A DNA stretch of 12,666 nt from Acinetobacter geminorum (GTDB taxonomy: Bacteria; Pseudomonadota; Gammaproteobacteria; Pseudomonadales; Moraxellaceae), in the NCBI RefSeq assembly GCF_013009345.1, contig NZ_JABELE010000007.1:186038-198703 (forward strand), read 5' to 3'. A program made the translations under genes and the position numbers. The notes under the pieces are model-generated. The model searched no databases and was not told the origin of the DNA. It saw only the letters and a program-made list of their open reading frames with translations. Below, piece by piece: positions 8,174 to 12,666 of the stretch. Each line of letters begins with the position of its first letter. Within the stretch, counting starts at the first letter, position 1.

Positions 8174-8359
8174 TTACTTTTGAAATTTTTCTTCCTCCTC
8201 TTTTATCCTTCTACGAATTTCTTCTCGCCATTTTGTGGCATTTTCTTGTTGTTTATTTAATAGGACACCTAACATATAAGCTGTAACCGCTGCGCCAATT
8301 AAAGCAATACCCGTTTCATAAATAATATCTATAACAAACTCTAGCATTCCCTCCGACAA
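8174..8359 (-). CDS. Hypothetical small single-pass membrane protein (57-61 aa) with a highly charged C-terminal tail
   Basis: The ORF has one hydrophobic helix (GIALIGAAVTAYMLGVLL) followed by KWREEIRRRIKEEEEKFQK. The track start is TTG (8359). An in-frame ATG at 8347 follows GGAGGGA but with very short spacing. The stop lies only 8 nt from the adeS stop, in convergent orientation. I recognise no homology. Confidence 0.35.
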   Translation of the reverse strand: MSEGMLEFVIDIIYETGIALIGAAVTAYMLGVLLNKQQENATKWREEIRRRIKEEEEKFQK

Positions 8360-8404
8360 GAAATCTAATGAGCCTGAAAATTTAAGGAATAATGCATTAG
8401 CTAC

Positions 8405-8764
8405 TATAGATTGATCATTGAAGCGAATAAGAATGTGAACAATGAGCCTGCTTTAAAAAACTCTTTGTTTAATAATTCCTATGTTAAGTTAGAAACAGCA
8501 CGGAGCCTTTTAAATGAAGAATATCCAGACTGGATTCAAGGCTTAGATAAAAACGGTTATGACTATGGTGACCTCAATACAATATGTTGGATGACCGTAT
8601 TTATGGAAAACTACGTAAATAAAGTTGAAGGTCAATACAAAAGCCAACTTAAGGATGAAACCGTAAATGATGTTCATAGCCTATACGGTGAAAGACAAAA
8701 AATTATTAAGTTACGCGACAGTAAAGATAAAACTGCTCGAAACTTTGTAGAAGTATGTGAATAG
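8405..8764 (+). repeat. Direct repeat copy 1 (360 bp, 350/360 identical to 12307-12666)
   Basis: My base-by-base hand alignment found 10 substitutions and no indels. The unit period is 3902 bp. Confidence 0.9.
8411..8764 (+). pseudogene. 5'-truncated orphan copy of the 162-aa lipoprotein (putative immunity) gene, lacking the signal peptide and lipobox
   Basis: It corresponds to residues 46-162 of the 12178-12666 product, with 4 aa differences. The 'start' is a TTG that encodes an internal Leu in the full-length copy. The frame is closed by TAA at 8390-8392, there is no ATG or GTG in between, and there is no SD. Confidence 0.6.
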
Positions 8765-8775
8765 ATCATTGTTAT

Positions 8776-8803
8776 AAAAGCCCTGAATGTTCAGGGCTTT
8801 TTT
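8776..8803 (+). terminator. Rho-independent terminator (AAAAGCCCTGA-ATGT-TCAGGGCTTTTTT)
   Basis: A GC-rich 7-bp core stem (8780-8786 / 8791-8797) is extended by A/T pairs. It has a 4-nt loop and a run of six T. Confidence 0.75.
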
Positions 8804-9149
8804 AATTTTTTTACGTAAAAAGAAATATCTACTTTGTACCTCAACCCATCCCACTAAAAAATACCTCCAAAACCATCTCATCAACTTCACCCGAGCTTAT
8901 GGGCCACATTCTATATTTCACGGTAGTTGTATATGCATTTGGATAGTTATTTCTAATTTTAAACAAGCTTTTTATAATAAATCGCCGTGCCGTCATAGTT
9001 CCCGTTTGAACTTAATGCAAAGCCTGAGACCGTCTCCAATCGGGTGCATTCAATTTAGACACAAACAATTAAGCTAATAATATATTGATTTCCAATTTCA
9101 ATAGTTAGAGAATCACGCTTAATTATAAGTTACTACAATAGAGTTCTAT

Positions 9150-10025
9150 ATGCTCGTTAAGAAGAATAAGGCTTTGTTTTACATCTTCCCTTTGGTTTTA
9201 GTTATCGGTTTCTATGTCCTTTTTCGTGTATCTATTCTTCCTTATATTTATACCAAGCAAGCACAGCATCAACTTTTAACAACAAACAATCAAACAACTG
9301 AAATTTATTGGAAAGAGCCAGACCTCTTAGCTAATAAAAAGTATCCAGCAATTATCTTTTTACATGGCATTCAAAAAGATAAACAAGGTGCAAAAGCCTT
9401 TGTACGCTCTGGCTTGTTAAATGAATATAGTAAAAAGAACATTTTCAGTGTTGCTGTATCTATGAGTGGATATGGTGAGTCCTCTGGGAAATCAGATTTT
9501 TGTGGTAAAGCCTCACAATATAATCTTGTAAAAGCCATTAATTTTGCTCGTTCACAACCTCATGTTGACCCAAATAAAGTTGCGGTGATTGGTATTAGTT
9601 GTGGTGCGTCTATAGCAAATGTTGTAGCTAACTCTGGAAAGATAAATGCTTTGGTTCTGGTATCTGGGTTTTATGATTTTAAAGGTATGTATACTCAGTG
9701 GAGTTCTAACACTAGAACGCTACCGTCAAATGTAATGGAAGAAATAAATGAATCTATTGCTGCATCAAAAAATATAGAAAATGCGTCGGCATCTAGATCA
9801 TCGCTACCAATTTCGTCTCACTATCCATCTACTCTTATATTAGTTGGTACTAAAGACCCAATTGTTGACCCGAAGCAAAGTACTCAGCTACATCAATTAC
9901 TTGATAGTAAAGGTATTCCGAATACCTTAGCACTGATTCAAGATGCTAAGCATCCTGTGCCTGCTAATGTGTGGAAAACTAAAAGTGATTCATTTTTAGA
10001 AAATACTTTGAATATAAAAAATTAA
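9150..10025 (+). CDS. Membrane-anchored alpha/beta-fold serine hydrolase (dienelactone-hydrolase / S9-peptidase-like esterase), 291 aa
   Basis: There is an N-terminal hydrophobic anchor (ALFYIFPLVLVIGFYVLF) and a nucleophile elbow G-I-S150-C-G (Ser codon at 9597-9599). Acid and His candidates are GTKD236P and AKH268P, in the canonical Ser-Asp-His order. An IIFLHG oxyanion-region motif is also present. Confidence 0.85.
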   Translation: MLVKKNKALFYIFPLVLVIGFYVLFRVSILPYIYTKQAQHQLLTTNNQTTEIYWKEPDLLANKKYPAIIFLHGIQKDKQGAKAFVRSGLLNEYSKKNIFSVAVSMSGYGESSGKSDFCGKASQYNLVKAINFARSQPHVDPNKVAVIGISCGASIANVVANSGKINALVLVSGFYDFKGMYTQWSSNTRTLPSNVMEEINESIAASKNIENASASRSSLPISSHYPSTLILVGTKDPIVDPKQSTQLHQLLDSKGIPNTLALIQDAKHPVPANVWKTKSDSFLENTLNIKN

Positions 10026-10142
10026 GAGATAAATGGGCTGCTCTGTAGATACCTTATATCAACCCTATGGCGGTACTGTTCGACCAAACCCACCTCATAC
10101 TAAATTTTCTTTTACCTTAAATTCAGCAGCAAGACGTAAATC

Positions 10143-10214
10143 ATGAATAGAAAATTTATCAGCACTATTGTTCTCATTTCTGTGTTTGGAGTTGCTGCTT
10201 GTGGTAAAGCTTAA
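10143..10214 (+). pseudogene. Detached lipoprotein signal peptide (MNRKFISTIVLISVFGVAA|CGKA) ending at an in-frame TAA. It is the 5' part of the following gene.
   Basis: It shows the classic n-h-c signal peptide plus lipobox VAAC. It is in the same frame as 10224-10835, separated only by TAA (10212-10214) and three sense codons (N-E-Q). Confidence 0.55.
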
Positions 10215-10223
10215 AATGAACAG

Positions 10224-10835
10224 ATGGATACTTCAAAAAACAGTTCTAAAAACGTAAAAACTGAACTATCAGCAAGTGATAAAGCGATTTTAGATAGATA
10301 TGACTCTATCACAAATGAAGTTGTGACCTCAGGTGAAAATGAAAAGATAAAGCAAACTTTAGAGCCTTTAATTCCTGAAATAAAGAAAGTTACTGCTAAG
10401 AAACAAAGAGAAATGGCATTAATGAATATTTATATGTTGTCAGGAATGTACAAAAAAGCTTATGAGCTAAATGAGCAACAGATCAAAGATAAACCCTTGC
10501 CTCAACGGATAATGTTTAGATGTACATTGCTTAAAAAACTAAATGAGGCCAAAGTAAAAATTCAACAGTGTCACGAAGCTTCAGCGCAACTCATACAAAC
10601 CGAATTAAGTAAATCATCTAACAAAAATGATCCTCATTACAGAGACGCCGAATTTGTATATTTAACTGAAATGTATAAAGCTGGTCACACTGAATATAAA
10701 GCTAAAATACAGAAATTTATTGATGAGACTAAAGATGTCGCATCAAAAGATAGATATAAGTCTTTGTATGATGTAGATATTGAGTCATTTTATGGTACTG
10801 ATTCACCAAATTATGTACCAGAATCATTAAAGTAA
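10224..10835 (+). CDS. Hypothetical helical (TPR-like?) protein, 203 aa. It is probably the mature part of a lipoprotein separated from its signal peptide by a nonsense codon.
   Basis: This is a long ORF with Lys/Glu-rich composition that is predicted to be helical. No convincing SD precedes the ATG at 10224. The upstream in-frame signal-peptide ORF is listed separately. A terminator follows. Confidence 0.6.
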   Translation: MDTSKNSSKNVKTELSASDKAILDRYDSITNEVVTSGENEKIKQTLEPLIPEIKKVTAKKQREMALMNIYMLSGMYKKAYELNEQQIKDKPLPQRIMFRCTLLKKLNEAKVKIQQCHEASAQLIQTELSKSSNKNDPHYRDAEFVYLTEMYKAGHTEYKAKIQKFIDETKDVASKDRYKSLYDVDIESFYGTDSPNYVPESLK

Positions 10836-10844
10836 AACTTAAAT

Positions 10845-10872
10845 AAAAAGCCCTGAATACTCAGGGCTTTTT
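10845..10872 (+). terminator. Rho-independent terminator (AAAAAGCCCTGA-ATAC-TCAGGGCTTTTT)
   Basis: It has the same GCCCTGA/TCAGGGC stem as the terminator at 8776-8803, differing in only two loop bases, and is followed by a run of five T. Confidence 0.75.
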
Positions 10873-11011
10873 AAATTGCTTTACACAGATCGAGATATTC
10901 ACATTCGTATTGAACGTATATGCTGTACATCCTGATAAATAAAACTATACAGCACTGTCTACCCCTCTTTGCTATCATTCCGGCACTTCATGAAAATAAG
11001 AAGGAAGAGTT

Positions 11012-11557
11012 TTGGCGACACCATATATAACTATAGGCTGCCCAACTTCAGGTGGTGGTCAAGTAATTTCTGGGAACAGTATGTTTCTAGTTGACGGTAT
11101 TCCCGTTGCCTGTGTCGGTGATAAAGCAACCTGCCCAACTCATAAAGTTGTTGCGACAATTGTCTCAGGTGATCCATACATGCAAATTTTTGGTAAATCA
11201 GCTGCGCGTGTGAATGATTCACTTTCATGCGGTTGCAAATTATTGCCTCAACAAAATTTAGTTGTGCAGGATAATGGCGGTGGTTCGTCTCAAAGTGCCA
11301 CTACTACTAATACAGCTGCTCAAGATAGCTTTGTAGAAGATAAGTCAAAAGAATATGGAATTCAGTTCCAGTTAAAGGATGAGAAGACACAAAAGATCTT
11401 TAGTGAAATTCCTTATTCAATTATTTATAAGAAGGATGGAAAGGTGGAAACCGGTTGGACCGATAAAGAAGGTAAAACGCATGTTATCAATGCTGCCACA
11501 CCTGATGAGGTGGAGTTTCAGACGATTGATGCTTCTAAACCGCTACCACCGCTTTAA
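11012..11557 (+). CDS. PAAR-domain protein (T6SS spike-tip family) with a Gly/Ser/Thr linker and a ~75-aa beta-rich C-terminal extension, 181 aa
   Basis: The N-terminal ~86 aa carry PAAR-family signatures (GIPVACVGDKATCPTH, GKSAARVNDSLSCGC). The start is TTG, with AGGAAG 4 nt upstream. The first in-frame ATG (M24) would cut into the PAAR fold. The linker is GGGSSQSATTTNTAAQ. Confidence 0.85.
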   Translation: MATPYITIGCPTSGGGQVISGNSMFLVDGIPVACVGDKATCPTHKVVATIVSGDPYMQIFGKSAARVNDSLSCGCKLLPQQNLVVQDNGGGSSQSATTTNTAAQDSFVEDKSKEYGIQFQLKDEKTQKIFSEIPYSIIYKKDGKVETGWTDKEGKTHVINAATPDEVEFQTIDASKPLPPL

Positions 11558-11566
11558 GGATTGAAA

Positions 11567-12181
11567 ATGGCACAAGATAAAGTATTTTCTCCGACACTCA
11601 TTCCATCTTTGGATAACGAGGTAAAAGTCTGTCATGCAGATGAGTTACTGGACCCTCTCTTATGTAATAGCATTGTTAAAATCCTAAACTACCATACAAC
11701 AGTACCCTACACTTTCATGATGAATCAGGCACAATGGGATTGGGTAAAACAGCATTATCCATTTGAGCATGATCTAGCAATCCGTTTTGGTCTTGAATTT
11801 GATTTACGTCAATTTTCAGATGAAGTGTTAGAACGCTATTCATTCCATACGATGATGTATTTGAAGTTCACCCTTTATGCTCAAAAACACTCTAGGAATA
11901 AAGGCGCCGAGATGATTACAGAGCTTGCAAAAGATACTTTTAAAGCTCGTATGGCAATTGCAAAACAAAACTTTGGTGAAATAATAGATTTGGCATTATC
12001 TAATGCGAGTAAGCCTGTTCTTGCAGCTAATGCATTAGCTACGTATACCAACAATGGACCATATGGTATTAACGAATATATGTATAAAAACGTCTTTGGT
12101 CGTACTTACGATCAAGCCACTGTTTCATTATATATTCAGAAATACCACTACACTCCACCTAATAACCGCTTCTCACTATGA
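11567..12181 (+). CDS. Hypothetical 204-aa protein: candidate T6SS cargo effector (toxin) of unknown family
   Basis: AGGA lies 6 nt before the ATG at 11567, whereas the track start TTG at 11561 sits inside that spacer. The gene begins 9 nt after the PAAR stop, and its stop overlaps the next gene's ATG (ATGA at 12178-12181). There is no signal peptide, no TM segment and no motif I recognise. The CDS call is solid, but the function is inferred from context only. Confidence 0.75.
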   Translation: MAQDKVFSPTLIPSLDNEVKVCHADELLDPLLCNSIVKILNYHTTVPYTFMMNQAQWDWVKQHYPFEHDLAIRFGLEFDLRQFSDEVLERYSFHTMMYLKFTLYAQKHSRNKGAEMITELAKDTFKARMAIAKQNFGEIIDLALSNASKPVLAANALATYTNNGPYGINEYMYKNVFGRTYDQATVSLYIQKYHYTPPNNRFSL

Positions 12182-12666
12182 AAATTACATTAATATCAAT
12201 ATTGATACTTTCCAGCTTATTCCTAACTTCTTGTAAGGCTTCGACAGATAAAGAAGACATTGATAACTATGTGAAAGTAGATCTGAAAAATTATGCTACT
12301 GACAATTATAGATTGATCATTGAAGCAAATAAGAATGTGAACAATGAGCCTGCTTTAAAAAACTCGTTGTTTAATAATTCCTATGTTAAGTTAGAAACAG
12401 CACGGAGCCTTTTAAATGATGAATATCCAGACTGGATTCAAGGCTTAGATAAAAACGGTTATGACTATGGTGACCTCAACACAATATGTTGGATGACGGT
12501 ATTCATGGAAAACTACGTAAATAAAGTTGAAGATCCATACAAAAGCCAACTTAAGGATGAAACCTTAAATGATGTTCACAGCCTATACGGTGAAAGACAA
12601 AAAATTATTAAGTTACGCGACAGTAAAGATAAAACTGCTCGAAACTTTGTAGAAGTATGTGAATAG
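12178..12666 (+). CDS. Exported lipoprotein, 162 aa: candidate cognate immunity protein
   Basis: It has a signal peptide MKITLISILILSSLFLTS|C19 with lipobox LTSC (Cys codon at 12232-12234) and two further Cys. It is translationally coupled to the preceding gene. A diverged truncated copy lies at 8405-8764. Its stop codon is the last triplet of the window. Confidence 0.85.
   Translation: MKITLISILILSSLFLTSCKASTDKEDIDNYVKVDLKNYATDNYRLIIEANKNVNNEPALKNSLFNNSYVKLETARSLLNDEYPDWIQGLDKNGYDYGDLNTICWMTVFMENYVNKVEDPYKSQLKDETLNDVHSLYGERQKIIKLRDSKDKTARNFVEVCE
12307..12666 (+). repeat. Direct repeat copy 2 (partner of 8405-8764)
   Basis: See copy 1. The match is 350/360 identical. Six of the differences are synonymous and four are non-synonymous in the lipoprotein frame. 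Confidence 0.9.

Noticed and set aside
8787-9077. 96-aa plus-strand ORF after the orphan fragment
   Set aside because: Its ATG lies inside the terminator hairpin. There is no SD, and the Cys/His/Arg-rich composition is unlike the neighbouring genes.
10921-10954. 7-bp inverted repeat TGCTGTA ... TACAGCA upstream of the PAAR gene as a possible operator, and TTGAAC (10910-10915) as a possible -35
   Set aside because: The repeat is too short to be significant in AT-rich DNA. I could not find a convincing -10 at proper spacing, so no promoter is called.
11031-11564. 65-aa minus-strand ORF and 61-aa alternate-frame plus-strand ORF overlapping the PAAR gene
   Set aside because: Both are nested in a gene with a recognisable domain. 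Both have basic, low-complexity translations typical of off-frame reads.
11753-11770. HYPFEH in the 204-aa protein as a possible zinc-peptidase motif
   Set aside because: The spacing is HxxxEH, which is neither HExxH nor the inverted HxxEH. No third ligand motif is evident, so I do not count it as evidence of function.
12054-12236. 60-aa alternate-frame ORF spanning the effector/immunity junction
   Set aside because: It is out of frame with two well-supported, translationally coupled genes and has no SD.
1-12666. Search by eye for CRISPR arrays, tRNA/rRNA genes, IS elements, transposase or integrase genes, and terminal inverted repeats of a transposon around the accessory region
   Set aside because: None were found. 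The only long repeat is the 360-bp direct repeat, and the only recombinase-type sites are the Xer-type sites at the left end.

Overview
This is an Acinetobacter chromosomal segment of A. baumannii / ACB-complex type. Bases 404-8165 hold the complete RND efflux locus adeC-adeB-adeA on the minus strand. It is divergently paired with its two-component regulator adeR-adeS on the plus strand, and the published AdeR direct-repeat operator is intact in the spacer. At the far left (65-216) two converging transcription units meet at a 28-bp dif-like XerC/XerD site that matches E. coli dif at 25/28 positions. A degenerate inverted partner site lies 96 bp away, and the pair encloses a perfect 16-bp hairpin. 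The right third (8.2-12.7 kb) looks accessory and, by eye, more AT-rich. It contains a small TM ORF convergent with adeS, a 5'-truncated orphan copy of a lipoprotein gene, a membrane-anchored alpha/beta hydrolase, and a lipoprotein gene split by one in-frame TAA. It ends with a tightly packed operon: a PAAR protein with a C-terminal beta-rich extension, an unclassifiable 204-aa protein, and a translationally coupled lipoprotein. I read that operon as a type VI secretion cargo effector/immunity module whose toxin I cannot place in any family, and it is the best candidate for an undescribed system. The orphan fragment at 8405-8764 is about 97% identical to the 3' part of the putative immunity gene (12307-12666). 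The two form a 360-bp direct repeat bracketing a 3.9-kb unit, which looks like a module-exchange scar. I saw no tRNA, rRNA, CRISPR array, transposase or integrase.
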